Shown piece by piece: positions 12,113 through 27,204 of a DNA stretch of 64,000 nucleotides (positions are counted from its first letter, which is position 1; each line of letters opens with the position of its first letter). This DNA comes from Gnetum montanum (taxonomy: Eukaryota > Plantae > Gnetophyta), in NCBI GenBank assembly GCA_015680685.1, contig MNCI01002813.1:1359403-1423402 (forward strand), in the 5' to 3' direction. A program made the translations under genes and the position numbers. Under the pieces are notes generated by a model, which was given only the letters and a program-made list of their open reading frames with translations, was not told the origin of the DNA and ran no database searches.

Positions 12113-13255
12113 CTTCGTAGCATGACTGATAGCTGATTAATTGCACTACTGAAAAATATTTATAAATAAAAACCCGAATTACAATTTGGGTCAACTCTGG
12201 CATTACTGTGTTTTTAGCTCTATATGCACTTAAATAATTAAGATTAATTGATATTTGAAGAACTAATGTAATAAAATGAGTTTTTAAAACAAAATATAGA
12301 AACACCAAAACCTAACCAACCTACAATCATCAATCATCATACATAGCTATCAAGCTTACATATGACATTAACTAGATAGATGTTAAAAGGTATCAACAAA
12401 AGCATTTGATTGGAATACAAATTTTAATAGAAAGGAATGAATATTGAGGTCCTAATGTTCAATCTTATTAGTAATAAAACCCACTTTCATGACACAAATA
12501 ACATCACGAATTTCAAGTGACCCACAAATCCAATCATCCTTATAATCTACCTCTAAAATTAGACATAGAATCCATTCATTATTGTAATCCACCTCTAAAA
12601 TCATACATACATAGCAAGATTCTACTAAGATTGAAGCCTACCTTAGTTGGAGGAGACTACACATGCAAGGCAATTAATTCGTGGCCTTCTTCCACTACTT
12701 GGATGTTGTCAAGAGCCCATGCAAACACTTTGCTTTGTCGTATCCAATAGACAATTAAGAATTCATTAAATATAGGGTCAAACTCAAGAATACTTCATGT
12801 ATGATATGGTATCACAAGTACATATACTGCTATCCAAAGGCTTTTCTATTCATGATAGGTATGGTCTCTTCATTGTATATATGGTGTTATCATAATTCAC
12901 ATACAAGTAGGAAACTTGTACATTGGTGTTAGATGTATGCCTTGGTTGATTTTGGATCAATTTTGTGAATTTGAATGGAGGCATTAATGCCCTATATGAG
13001 AAGAAAAGCACATTACCCTTGGATAAAAGTTTTCATATTATATATTTCAAGTCCAAAACAATTTTTCTAAGGCAAAGCTGGCAAACTATGTAAAGGGTTA
13101 TTATACTTTATTTGAAATTGTTAGCTTCATAGCATGATTGATAGCTAATTAATCATACTACTAAAAAATATTTATCGATAAAAACTTGAATTACGTTTCT
13201 GGTCAACTTTGGCATTATTGTGTGTTTAGACTATATGCAATTAAATTATTGATTT
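12113..13255 (+). repeat. ~130-bp diverged direct repeat (12113-12245 and 13125-13255)
   Basis: cttcgtagcatgactgatagctgattaa...ggtcaactctggcattac versus cttcatagcatgattgatagctaattaa...ggtcaactttggcattat. Confidence 0.8.
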
Positions 13256-13699
13256 TTTAGCAACACATGTTAGTTGAGACATGAAGAGATTTTCTTTTTG
13301 GGTTGAATACAATTAAAATTAAATTGGCCCTATCTACTTGGGGCATTACATCAATGACATTTTCAACTTTCTTCAAAAATATGTTGAGGTTTTGAAGCTA
13401 TCCAACAAATCCAATGTGATGTCTTGTGCATAATAAAAGTTTCTAGTTACTGTAAGAGTATCTCAAATGCCACTTTAGACTCTATAAAGATGGGCTTTGG
13501 ACATTACTTTATGATTAATCATACTATATGCAATCAAATCATATATTCTTTTAACATATATGCCAATGTATATTTTTCAACAACACATGCCAAATAGGAT
13601 TGGATAATTTGAGCTAATGGAGAGGTTTACTCTCCTTCAATTCTTTGCATGTTTCAAAAATTATAATAAAGTCTATTTCCACAATATTATGTGGAATGC

Positions 13700-16485
13700 T
13701 CAAAATACAAACATTAAATTAGTGAGAGTATGTCAAAGTGATGTAGTGTCAATGTGAGGGCTTGGGTACGTAGTGGTGGAGGCTCTAAGGCAAAAGCATG
13801 CTTGTAAATTTTGAATGGGTTTCAATGAGATCATGATTACATCATGACTTTCAATGCCTATCTTCTTTTACTCTTCTATTGGCTCCAAGGTGGCTATGAC
13901 TTGACTTAAATTGGTATTAAGTGCTTAAACTACAAAAAAGAACTATTACAAGAAAACTATAAGTTAATTGTAGGTCATAGTGGAGGTCTTTTTTGAAAAT
14001 GAATGTCATCATTGGACCACAACTAAGCATTGGTTGTGGTCTAATAAAAATGGGAAACTTGAAAGTAGCACCACCTCTATCATCAAATGGCTATAGGTTA
14101 GGTGTGCAACAACTTTAGTATAAGCTGGTTGTGACCTTTGTTTTCAACATGGCTATAGCATGAGTTGAGCACAACCTTTGTTTTGAGCATAGCTTGGGCT
14201 CAAGACAAGGTTACAACCTATTAGCATGTAGTTGAAAAACATGAAAATAATGTGAATTACAAACTTTGACATTCATAAGCCCATGCAAGGGCTAAGTGTT
14301 TGTAATTAGGGGTTTAGGACTTTTGATCTACAGTTAGGCACTCTAAAATTTGCATAAACCATCAAATACATCAAGATTTATGAGATTTGATACCTCTAAG
14401 GAATCATGCATAAGAAGTACAAAAGATGTAAGCAATTGAGACTTTTAGCTTGCAAATCTGCAACTAAAAGGTTGCATCCTTGATCCCACAACCTTCCATG
14501 GCTTGTTCTAGATTTAGTTCATCATAAGATGTGGTAAATAGTTCAAACTTCTTTAAAATATGCAAAATCCTAAAAGAGGGTCATATATTAATCAAGCTTC
14601 TTTCAAAAAATGAAACAAAAATAGAGAATTAGAGTTCCTATTATGTTGAACTTCTCAAACTTAGCAAAGGAAACATGAATCCTTGTCCAAACAACATCTA
14701 ATGATTATAGAAACATGCAACACTTAAAGAATCCTACATAAACATGTAGTTCAAACATAAATATGATGTGAAACCAAGAGAAAGGTGCGAAAACTTTAAA
14801 TGAGAGTTATCATGGAAGGAATCCTTCAATGTATAAGAGAACTTGAGAGATGCATGAAAGGATCACTTGAGAGATGTAATTAAGAGAATTTGAGTATAAG
14901 AATCCTAAGAGATGTTCAATTCATGTGAGAATGACCATTGAGAGAATGAAAGGAAGGGAAGAAGGGTAAAATCATGAAAGAACCTTTAGCACATAGATTT
15001 TAAATGTGCACATTCACCACATTTATGGCACCATATGTTCATTCCCTTAGTCAAACTAAACCTTCATAGTTACATCATACTATTAGATCATATTATTGGA
15101 TTAACCAATAAAGAACAAAACTCTAAAGTATCAAGTCTAATGTTAAGTTGACCACAAGTTGACTACCCAACAATGAAATCTTAGTTGTTATTGTAATAGA
15201 TAATAGCAAATGGCCTAGCCTACATTCAACCTACCTGCAAATGGCCTAAGTAAGAAGTTCTTAAAGCCCAAATTGAATGATAAGAACCATTAAAACTACC
15301 TATGTTGCTCCTTTTTAGCTAGGAAACCCGCTAACTATAATTTTGAGCCTAGTTTCACTTTCCTCCTAAACTAACTAGGTTTGAGTCTCATCTAGGAGTA
15401 TCCCTAGATAATTAGGTCTAAGTTTCCCTGAAGGACTGAAAGCTCCTTAGAACCCACAAGAATTGCATGTGCACGTCAGCTTTAAAGATGCCTATCTCAG
15501 CCTCATTCATGTTCCATGCCACATTTAGACTAACTGCTACTAATTTACTACTCAGCCTCATATGTATCGCATACCACCTCAAGACTATCTACCATTGTTG
15601 AGGTGACATTGTTTGCATCTTTTACAACTTATGCCATATATAAATCAACCATTATCCTTAAAAAAAAAACTACCAACTAAGGTAGTTCTAGCAACCATAG
15701 GACTCAAAAAAGGTATAAAGAAGAAACATTATCATTAGACCAAAGAAGGAATTTAAAACAAATAATAAGTCTATTGCTTTTATGAATTGACACAATATTC
15801 CCTATTGATTAACAAGCCTTTCAAGATCCCAAACACAAAGCACCAACGAGCTTGTTATTGAAAAAAACATGAATGAAAAATGATGATTGAGAAAGAAACT
15901 TATCACTTAACTTCTACAAGATTCTAACCTAAGACCTATTAACTGACCTATCTCATGTAACAAGTTCAAGATAAAGATAAAACATCATCTTTAGTAGGGG
16001 CCACATCCAATCAACTTATCCTTATCCAAAGAGAAGAAGGTTAGCATCATAAGATAATTCGTAAAATTCAAATAAATACAAAAATATAAAATCTCATATT
16101 AACCATAAATACAAGGAGGTAAGACTTATTAAATGGAAATTACTTTAGTATGATCTCAATCCAAATTAACCAATAATTAAGTCTCAGGCATGGTTCAACT
16201 GTTAATGAAGTTTCATGTCACTAAAGATAATAATCGATAAAAATACTTGCAAAAGTTAAAGTATAAAGTCTCATGTCAAATATCATTACAAAGGAGTTAG
16301 ATTCATTAAAAGAAAATCAAAGTACAGTTACACCAATTATTAAGCCTCATGGCAAAATGCCAAAATAATAATAAAATGATAAAATACTACATATTATAAA
16401 TAAATCACAAGTGCAAAATCCTCTATTAAGCCAAGTTCAAATTACAAAATCATCGAATCATTCTAAAATTCCTAGGGATGTTACA
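13700..16485. mobile_element. Degenerate LTR-like sequence ending GGGATGTTACA (Tekay/Del-like terminus); left boundary uncertain
   Basis: cctagggatgttaca at 16471-16485 abuts an Athila gag fragment; no ORFs. Confidence 0.35.
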
Positions 16486-16489
16486 ACAA

Positions 16490-18865
16490 TAAACTAAGAA
16501 AAGGAAATGATAGGACCCTAGACTAGGGAGACCTCAAGGACAAGGTCTTATAGTAGACAGATAAGAGAATATCAAAAGAGTCACCAAAGAAGATCAAGTC
16601 AACATAGCTCTCCTAATTCCTCACACATAATTTTCATCCTCATCATCAAGCTTTGATGAGGGTGAACATGGCCAAGATAGGAGGTGAAATGATTTTAGGT
16701 AAGGTGAAGATGATAGATGGGACCATTATAGGGATACTAGAAGGAAAGGTAGACATGAATAAAAAGATGGACATCATCACACAAGGAGGAAAAGTAGGCA
16801 ATACTAAGGAAGACATGGTTATGATAAGGATCATGAGGATCATAACAACTATGATGAATTGTTGCTTGTCATAACAAGTATGATAAAAAAATCAAGAGGC
16901 ATTTTAGATTCCTAGCAGGAATTAGAGGGATATTAGGATTAAAATGTTGGATATGAACAACATCCCAAAGTTTAAGGGAGTCTATAATGTAGACTCTCAA
17001 CATCATCTACAAGCCTTCCATGATGCCTATACCTTGCATAATAATTAGGATAATTGAAAAAAGATAAAACTTTTCTCAATGACACTCATTAAGGAAGTTG
17101 AAAGTTTGTACCAATTCTTAAAACTGAAGTCTATCATGAGATTGAATATGGTGTTGGAATTGTTTAATAACAAATATTAAACATATTCTAGGCTATTCAA
17201 TTTAAGAAAAACAAATTCAAGGATGGAGATAAGATAACCATGACTCCCTTGATGTAGCCTTAAGCAGATACTATTCTCTCCTTCATAGATGCCCAATTCA
17301 TGAATTTTCTCAAAGGAAGTAACTACATCATATCGTAGTTAGAATTTGCAACAAAACAAGAGAGACTATTGGAATTGATACCAAAGGGAGACTATTTGAA
17401 ATGAGAGTCCATCAAATTCAAAGGCTAACTACCAAGTGGATAAGGAGGAAGATGAACTAAAGAAGAGAGAAAGTGGAGAGGATTTCAACAATAACCCCTC
17501 AAGAGGATTTCAACAATAACCCCTCAACCCAAAAAATAAGGTATCTTTATATGAACGCAATGAAGGAGCACCATTAGAGGAAGTAGTGCAAAGAAAGATC
17601 TTGCCCATTGAAAAATAAGTTACTAAAATATTGGCAAATGTTGATAAAATGTAGGACTTCATTGATGAAAAATTCCTAGAAGTACTTAAGATTATGGAGG
17701 AAAAAGTAAAATACGAAAGGACTAAGGAGAAAGATAAACCAAGAAAAGAGATATAGGAAAGGATTACTACTAGCACAAGGAAAAAGTAACTACAGTGAAA
17801 AAGATTGAAGACTTTGAATCAGATGATGATGGTTGTGATATTTGTTAATACAAACATTTGAAAGGATGGTGCCCAATAATGTCATAGTTGCAAGAGTCTA
17901 GGGCTTATGAATTAATCCCAAAGTTCATTAAGAAGCAAGTCCCAATAAGGTTTCCCTTAAGACAAGTACAGGTAGCCCTATCACCATCAATAGTATTACC
18001 CAAAAGGGCTTCCACCTTAATCTCAAGAGCACTACTAGTAGTGGCAAAACCCATAGTCAGAGAATGCCACCACCAAGGTAGAAATATCCCTATACGTAAC
18101 TTGATCCTTATAGATATTACATCCAAAAACCTATATCATCCTATAGCTATACCACTCATGTCTTTACTCATCACTACTATCCTTTAGAGTGCAGACTTAT
18201 CACTCCATGTGCTAAATCCTTTTTCCACTTATTCTTTTCACCCTACACAACATTTTCACCTTGATGCCCTGAATACTTTACTACCTACTCTACCTATGCA
18301 AGGTAAAATTCCTCTACAACCTCAACAATGAAATGTCACTAGGAATGTAAACTTATAGGTTGATGATAACTGAAGTAAATCTAAGTGCAAACCTTGGAAA
18401 AGGTAATTCTTTAGGACAACTAGTCAACCAAAATTATCATAGGTATTCAAGACTACAAACTCCATGCACATTGCCTTTGGAACATTAACCAAGCCACCTT
18501 CAAATCAAAATGTCCCTGATGTACAAACAATCATGCTTAATCATGGAGTTATAAAGTAGATCAAGGTAGGACACATTTATAAGAAGATAACTAATGCAAG
18601 AAGCCCCTTGATCTACTTACAAATTGCAAAAAATACACCATAAAAGGCTCTCTACTAGACTCAGGTTCCAAAGTTAATTAATTTCTTAAGAAATGTACAA
18701 AGCTTGAAACCTATCACTACTTAAGAAATGCAACCTTGAGTTAGATCTTACAAACTAGTCCATCACGATTCCTTTGGATTGATGGAAGATGTTGGGACCA
18801 CCATCAATGGTTGGTCATATTTTATTAATTTCCTAGTAATCCACTTGGATAATTGCAAGGAAGAC
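16490..18865 (+). pseudogene. Gag-protease fragment of the same Athila-like family as elements A and B
   Basis: LDMNNIPKFKG..HLQAFHDAY (~16950-17030) and LLDSGS protease motif (~18650); colinear with 28900-30840. Confidence 0.8.
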
Positions 18866-18867
18866 TT

Positions 18868-20280
18868 AGAGCAAGTCCACTCCATAATTAAATTACCTTC
18901 AACACACTAAATCCAGATAATTATGCAAAGATAAAATTTTTTGTTAGAAAAAAAAACTGGCTCTCTTTAATAAATTTATTAGAAGATTACAATAGGGTTC
19001 ACAAAAGCCACAAGCATATAAAATCTATCACACTCAACCAATATTACAAAGCATGAGGCTCTACAACCACATAATGGTTGTCCTTAATGAAAGACATAAC
19101 CAATAGAACTCTCTCCCACAACCTGAGACTAAGATCTCAACTCATAAGTGAACTACAAGAGAATAGAACACATAGAACAATACACCAAAAGCTGATCTTA
19201 GAGCTAAAATCACCAATTGCACTCACCTAATGTGCTTACCCACTCTTTGTTGCTTAGCTCTCTACTTTCAAGAGCATTTTCTCTCACTCATCCTCCTTCA
19301 ACAATGATGAATACATCTATATGTATGTTAAACTAGAAGATAAGAAACCTAGAAACCTTTCCTCAACTTATCCTAAGGTTTTTCAAATGTTTTCCAAATA
19401 TTCTCACCTACTTCCTCATTGTTTCCATCTTTTTGCATTGTGTTCTAGTTGTTTTCAAAAGTAAAATGAACATTTTTGGAAAATCTTTGGCTTTGCTTGG
19501 ACATCTCCTGTGAAAACCTAGCTCTTGATTGGGACGTTAGCTATTTTTCTAGAACATCCCATCTAGTCCTGGGACATCCTAAATTCTAGTGGGCCATCCT
19601 GCCCAAGATGTTATCTGCACAATTGGGACATCTCAATTGGGATGTCCCAATTTCTGGTGGAACATCCAATCTACAAGGGCCAAATATAAAAATGCTTGTT
19701 TTGATGTCTAGAACCTTTGGATGCCTCCAAATAAGTCCCCATAGAACCTAGAACCCCTTAGACTCATCAAAATGAGCCCAAAACATCCAAGAATCATCAT
19801 CAACAAAAATTCAACACAAGAAGATACACATTAGCAGGACACATTCATACACATCTTCTTTAAGCTGAAACCTACAAAAATAACTTGTAGGACAAAGCAC
19901 ATGGAAATTGGAAGAGGTGTTACTACACCAACTCTCCCATCCTTCAAAAAGTAAACTTAGGTGAATAATGGAGTATGGGTAGAACTTATTCCCCAATCAA
20001 CAAATTTGATCTCATGGTCCCATACATCACCATTGATGGATTGATTCTTCTGATGGATCAAATATTCATGCCTCTTGAGTTCCCGAGTGCAAGAAGCTTC
20101 CCTTTGCTTGAGTACGATTTCCTTCCTTTCCATTGAAGGCTTGGACTAATCAATAACCCCTTTCAACTCATTGATGCTATCTTGTATGGTCTTCTCATTA
20201 GTTGATCCATGATAGTATACAAGATCTCAAACATTAAATATAAAAGACATACCAACATCATTTGGTAAATAATATGGATC
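18868..20280 (-). mobile_element. 3' end of a chromovirus-type Gypsy element: integrase C-terminus/chromodomain, PPT and 3' LTR (18868-19927)
   Basis: Minus strand reads LPNDVGMSFIFNV*DL and EYLIHQKNQSINGDVWDHE (chromodomain-like), then purine tract GAAGGATGGGAGAGTTGG, then TGTAGTAACACC LTR start homologous to 6575. Confidence 0.7.
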
Positions 20281-20299
20281 CTGCTTTATTAGACTCCAA

Positions 20300-21070
20300 A
20301 AAGGATCCATTCCACAAGATTTCTAATCAAAATTTAATCTAGAAGCAAGAATAAGACAATAAATTAGAGAAAATTCCCCTTTTTATAAGAAAACTTACAA
20401 TATGCAAAGAATTACATAAAATATGAGGAGCCAAGCTTGACTCAAACCTCTCTTAAGAATCTTAGAGGCAACACATGTCCCCTCTCAATCCTCCTTATAA
20501 GAGATTCTCTTAACCTCTCTCAAGTGCTCTCCCTTGCCTCTCACTCAAACACTTCTTGCACAAGCTCTCTTCTTACACAAGCTCTCAAGAGACTTCTTAA
20601 ATCTCTCACTCTTACTCTTTCTCTCTTACCTAAACTCAAGATTTAGACTCCTATTTATAGCTTCCTTATGTGACCTTTCATCTTCCCTCTAATCTACCAT
20701 TCAATTTGATGTTTGTTAAAATTTACATTAGACATCTCAAGGGAATAGTAAATATCTATCCTAAGTGCAGAGATGTTAGAGTAGACATCTTGGCATAGAC
20801 ATATTAAGAATGGATAGACGTCTAATACGTAGCTTAAACATCTAACTGTTAGGGCAGACATCTATCTTGCCGAGGCCAAGATTAAAGATGCTCATTTTGA
20901 GGTATGGAACCTCTAAACACCTTCAAACAAGTCCACATAGCCCTTGGAACCTCCTAAACTCATCAAAATAAGTCCAAAACACTTCCAAACATGGAAAAAT
21001 ATCTTGGAATCATCATCAAAAATTCAACAAAAGAAGACACACATATCCAAGATACATTAAGGATTACACA
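20300..21070 (-). mobile_element. LTR-like remnant sharing a ~170-bp block with the neighbouring LTR
   Basis: 20880-21050 is similar to 19685-19845; has AGACATCT repeats and a minus-strand TATA (ctatttatag at ~20650). Confidence 0.45.
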
Positions 21071-21079
21071 AGGGTTGGG

Positions 21080-22115
21080 TAATGTCCTCATCATCTCTAC
21101 TGCTCTTAAAATGTCATGCTTAATGACCTTTCACAAGTTGGAAGGCATCATGCCCCCATGACTCAAGGTCATCACACTTTGCACAACCATCAAAACTCAA
21201 TGTATCAAAAACATAAGAATGAATATGAGTTGAGGTTTTGGTTTTTAGCTTCCCCTGCTCATGGAGGCTTTCCCTCTCATGTGCCACCATGCTTTCTTCA
21301 TTTGAGAATCTCCTTGGAATGCTTCCCTTGCATTCCTATGATGACTCAAACCTACAACAAATGAAGAATAAGAAAAAGCAAAAGGATTGGAATTCCTTAA
21401 CCCAACATCCTTGCCTTCTTTTTCCTCTTCTCCACCTTCTTTCTTTTGGTATTTGCAGGACTATAACTTATCTTCCTTTCACCATTAGCACCACAACAAC
21501 TTGGATTACCTTCATGTTACTCATCCATTTCACATCTAAGATAATCAAATTCATCACTATCAATGTTCTCACCAACATCAATAATGATCTTATTATAATG
21601 ACTATGCCAATAGCCATCATCATCAAACAAAATACCATAAATAATCTTCCTCTCACTAACAATGGCATACAAAGTTACAACATGACTCTCATTCTCATCA
21701 CAATCACCACGATGATCATGACACACATCATTACAATTGAATAAACCACTACCAAGATGAAGTGAAATAATAGCATTTATCACACTAGATTCAACATGAA
21801 AGACATTACTACCATTTGCAAGGTAAAGCTCATGCTTACTTACCTCTTCATGGCTTCTTACATTTGTATTTGGTTTAACTTGATCTTCAACATGTGGCTA
21901 TCCAAATTTATCAAAGCTTAAAGGTTCAAGATCCCAAATAGGAATTTCCAATTCCAATGGCTTTTCCTCTTTAAAGAAATCATCAACAAGCTCTTCATCA
22001 CACTTTGGAGTTACCAACTCAAAAGGTAAACTCTCCTCCATGGATTTACCATTAGTTTCATTAAAAACATCATCAAAGCAATCATACACTAGGTGGACAA
22101 AAGTTGTTATCATAA
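21080..22115 (-). pseudogene. Degenerate gag-like fragment
   Basis: Acidic low-complexity ORFs plus a decayed zinc-knuckle-like KCDDLESWGHDAF (~21140-21180). Confidence 0.3.
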
Positions 22116-22880
22116 CAAACTACATAGTAGATACTACTACTAAGTTCTCTTAGTAAAATGAGGTAAATAGGTTTGGTATGCCTAAAGCACTCATTTTAAA
22201 TAATGGTATACATTTCACAAGTGCTACCTTTAAGAAGCTAATGTAATGCCTAGGGATTAAGAACAAAATAACACCCTATCATCCTCAAGAAAATGGTCAA
22301 GTGGAAGCAACAAAACTAAATGATTCTCTATGGGCTTATTGATCCACATGGAGACTTCCTAAAGGTTAATTTGATTACGAGTTAGTATATGAAAAGTTAT
22401 CCAAGTTTCCCATTCAAGCTATATTTTTTATACCAATAAATGTGACTTAGAAATTGACCTTAATTTATAACAAAAGGAATAGGTGATGAACCAAAATATG
22501 CTAGATGAGAATAAAATGGTAGAACTTATCCATGATGAAATTCACAAGAACTATACCAAACAACAACACAACACTAGAATTAGACATAGTGATTAAACTA
22601 GGGGATAAGGTTCTTTACTATAGCCCTAATCATGTGACTTGATGCATAAAATTCTAAATAATTTAAGAGAGACATTACATTATCCATACTACCTAAATAT
22701 TTGGTGACTTGCAAATTTATCATTCAAATAACTCACACAAATTAATATTTGTCAACATTTAACAAATCAAGCCTTTTAGGAAAAACATTAAACATATGAC
22801 CTCACACTACTCATCAACAATAGCCATTGTTCAATCCATTTTCCACATATTCTCCTAAAACCTCAATTCTAGGAGAGATA
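22116..22880 (+). pseudogene. Integrase fragment of the Athila-like family
   Basis: NRFGMPKALILNNGIHF and PYHPQENGQVEA; colinear with 33300-34150. Confidence 0.8.
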
Positions 22881-23270
22881 CTTATTTTAATGAGGCTTTA
22901 TGACAATTTTTATTCTTTTCTACTCTATAATATTTTGTCATTTTTCATAGTTTTTGTCAATTTTTCATTTATTTAATATTTTCCAATTGATATTTTTTAT
23001 TCTTTGTTCTTTCTATAATTTTCCATTTTATCAAGTCATTTTCCTTATGTTTTGCAAATATTTTAATCATTTTCTATTAAGAAAGTTACCAATTATGTGA
23101 AGGAAAAAACTCCATTTAAGGAAATTTTGCTTTATGTTATCATATAGTTGAAGGAGCAATTGTGTGTAATAGTTTGATCACAACATTTGTTCCTCCATTT
23201 TTATTAATAAGAGATCCTTACAATGGAATTAATGTGGTCCTTATCACCATCACAACTAAAATTAACCCAT

Positions 23271-24124
23271 TGATAAGTGGTGAGGTACCCCTACACCCAA
23301 CCATACGAATCACTAAGGTGTTCACATGCAACTGGTCAAATTTTGTGGACCTGTAGTTTTCTAGTGCACTAGTTCCTCTAGAAAGTGAAATGGGTGTTGA
23401 GAACATTCATTGTCTTCTCAACTACACTTGTGAAGCTCAAGGATATGGTTTAAGTGTAATTGAGGCACATGGTTTTTCTCATTTTATGTTTTATAAGTTT
23501 AGTCACCTGCAACAAGAATGAAAGATAAAGTAATATAAGATCTAACTTATTCACTGCCTAGTTAGCCTAACATAAGTACCCATCCCACATTCCTAGATGC
23601 ATCTTAAACACATATAGTGATGCTAGGCTACCAAATGTTAAGCGTTGTTGGGGTACCAAGCACTATATGTATGCTTGAAGTGGGCATGCTTGTGTTCATA
23701 AACAACTAGAAATTAATTACTTAATTTAAATGCATTAAAGTAAATGCATGAAAGTAAAGTAAATTAAAGGAAACATTAATCTATTCTCAGTGATATAAGG
23801 ATTATCAAAAGGGTTCATTTTTATACCCATCACACTGCTACACTCAAGTACATTAGTGTTCAAACAAAGATTTATACACACTTAGACTCCTGTTGCGGGC
23901 ACTCAGAAAATATTCTAACTCTGGAGAAAACAAACTGCAAGAGCTTCATTACTCTAATTGAAAAACTATGAAAAACTATATGGAAATTGTAAGCCCAAAT
24001 GCTATATTTATAAGCCAACTTATATCCCGTGATATCAAATATCTAACATCATGTTTAGGCTCCAACATTAGATACCCAATGTTGAGGCTCCAATATTGGA
24101 GCTTGTGAAAAATGTGATTCATCA
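23271..24124 (-). repeat. 3' LTR of element B
   Basis: Colinear with 61143-61987; adjacent PPT-like TTCAGTCATGGGGGTA at 24125-24140. Confidence 0.92.
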
Positions 24125-26239
24125 TACCCCCATGACTGAATAAAAACTTGTTCTTAAGTGAAGAAGAGGGGGAACAAGTTCCTTACAAAATATTGGGTAG
24201 GTATGGGATTATTAACTAACATACAAACTGACTTAGATGGAACAAATAGACTCTAAGTGCCCAAGTGTACAGAGTTACAATCTTTATAAAATTGGATGTT
24301 CATGATAAAAGAAGTAAATACCCTAGATAAAACTAACATCCAATGCCTCTTGGTAGCTAAAGAATAAGAGAGAAGATCCAATGATCATGAACAGTCCACA
24401 TCATGTGGTACTACCACATCATCCTTGGTGAAGATAGTCTTACTTCTAGTTCATGCTTCCCATTGCAATTACAATAGAATCATGAATTAGTATGCAATGT
24501 GTAACACATAGTTATTAAATGCCTTATCTCATTGGTGGTTACACTCAACTAAGTTGTGATTGGGGTAGATTCATTCCTTTAGGAGTGTTAGTGAGAAGGC
24601 TGACAAATAGGGTAAAATAGATAACCAATCCATTAAAATTAAAAAAAAAATCGACACAAGAAAATATTTGAAGAGGGTGTAAGAATTCACAAAAATAAAA
24701 AGGAAAGTTTACTAAAAACTATTATGAAGATGTGTACAATTGGGTATCATTGATGAGGTAAACAAAAGGATTTGATTGTAATAGTGTTTAAGGGTAAAGA
24801 ACTTAACTAACCCAACCAAAAGATATGCAAGTGTATCCTCCTCAAAGTAGGCACAGGCCTTTTATGCCCTTGCATAACTTCAAATTAAAGAGTCCATGGG
24901 CTTTGTGGATGATTAATGATTATGGAAGGTTAAGTAAAAAAACCTAGAAGAAACTACTTGAGAGTTCCAACACATCAAACTAGGACATCGAACAAGAACA
25001 TGAAATTAGTAGTGAGGTGAGATATGGAAAGCATAGATGGATGAGAGAGAGTGGAATGGAGTTCCTGATTAAGGTCACATGAAGTGCCTTGTGGATTTTA
25101 TGGTTAAATGACTTAATAAGATCCATCATTAGTCTAAATCAAGACCAAACTTGTTTAGTGACTTCACATCACCATTCTAAGATCAATCCATCCTCAGATA
25201 CAAGAGTGCTCCCACTAAACAACCACTATTCCTTATTTAAAAAGAAAAGAGAAGTAGGAAGTGAGGAAGGGCCTTAGTTATAGGGGACCTTTAGGCATGG
25301 GTAACATGTCTTTCTAGTCCCATAGCCAGTGCTTATAGCCTATTTATTTTTTCTAAGGGGTGTGCTTTGAATTTCCATTATTATTTTTTGAAATGGGAAT
25401 CGCACCATGCAAAGATGTATGTGATTATTTTGTCTAACAGGTATGCTTTGAATTCCCATCATTTTTTTCTTGAAATGGGAACCACACCATGCAAAGACTT
25501 ATTCAACTTCATTTTATTGGTCAACATGGATTGGTGAGAAATCCATGAAAACACACATGCACCAAGGCAAATAGAAAGGCACAAAGAACACCGAATCCCC
25601 TTGAAGTCACACCCTATTCAATCCTTTGAATCCTTTTCAATTCCAAAAACTACCAAAGTCATAAATTTGTTAAAGTTTTTTTAATGAAAAAAGAACTAGA
25701 TGTTTCTAAAATAAGGAAAACCATAGAGTTTGTGGATGGGTGGATGCTATGGGCTCACTACTTATTGCATGAAAAAAAAAACCATGTCTTAATCATCCGT
25801 AATAAAATTGAAAGCCAAAATCTAGACACCAACAATCAAATAACAAAATAGTACACACCACCATCAAACAATGCATTACCACTATACCTGGTACTTATTA
25901 ACAAAAATTTAGACACTCACATCAAAATAAAATAAAAGAAAATACAAAAGAAAGTGTAAAGTTTTCAAGAAATAGAAAATGTACTAATGATGGTGTAAAA
26001 CAAAAATTAGAAAATATTATTAACATGAAAACAAGAAGATGTAAAATAAAGAATGTATAAAACAAAAAATATATAAAACAAAAATTTGAAAAATAAAAAA
26101 TGTGTAAAAAAAAAGTTAAAAAATTGAGGAGCCATTTATATGATTAGCATGGATGGCCATCTCCCCCATGACTAAGTTGAAAGAAGGAGATTCAAAATAT
26201 GGAGTGTGCCTATCCATCTGATGAGGCATTTGTTGTATT

Positions 26240-27204
26240 AGCTAGCTTATGCTCATGGAAAGGTTTGATTTGTTGGATGTTGATAAACTATTTCTTGTCT
26301 AAGCTCTCAGGTTTGTAGATCATCATGGCCTTAGAAGGAAAAGTTTCATAAATGATGTAAGGTCCTTCCCACAACGTTTGGAACTTAGTTTGTTGAGGTA
26401 CGTGTGTGGGGTTCTAGTAGAAAACCTTATCTCCCAGTTGAAATTTAACTTTTTTGATTTTAAGGTTATGGTGCTTTTTGTTGTAGGCCTTGTGCAACTC
26501 ATTAGATGATAGGGCCACCAATAAATTTTCATCTAGTAGGTTGAGATTCATTAGTCTTTCTTTTTGTGCTAGACTCAAGTCAAGGTTAAGGTCATAGGTT
26601 GTTGAAAGTGTATAGAGCTTGTATTGAATAGGAAGTGTTGGTAATTTTTTATACATAAGCTCATAGGGTGAATAGCCTATAAAAAGTTTCCATGTTGAGA
26701 AATAGGCCCAAAGGGCATCATTGAGTTTTGTGCTCTAGTATTTCCTATATTTGCTACTAGTTCTTATTAGAATCCTTGTGATTTTCCTATTGGTAACCTC
26801 AGCTTGATCATTGGCTTGGGGGTGCTAGGGTGTTGTGAGTTTATGTTCAACCCCCAAGCGTTGCATGAGCTTATGAAAAGTAGTTCCTATAAAGTGAGTT
26901 CCGTTATCAAAAATTAATGCACATGGCACACCAAACCTATTTACAACATTTTTTTATACAAACTAAGTAGCAATAGAAGATGTACAGTCGATGATGACTA
27001 TTGCTTCTATCCATTTTGTATAATAGTTAATAGTCACTATGATGTATGCCTTTCCATTTAACATGGACATGATGGAACCCATGAAATTAATGTCCCAGAT
27101 GTCAATGGGTTCTAGTGATTTAATCCATTACTAATATTCCTCCATTTGAGCAATCATTCCATCATCTTGTTAGCATCGTTCACAAGAGCAGATGTAATGG
27201 TGAG
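26240..27204 (-). pseudogene. Element B integrase, truncated by the insertion of A
   Basis: HHYICSCERC, WDINFMG, FDNGTHF, WEGPY on the minus strand. Confidence 0.88.
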
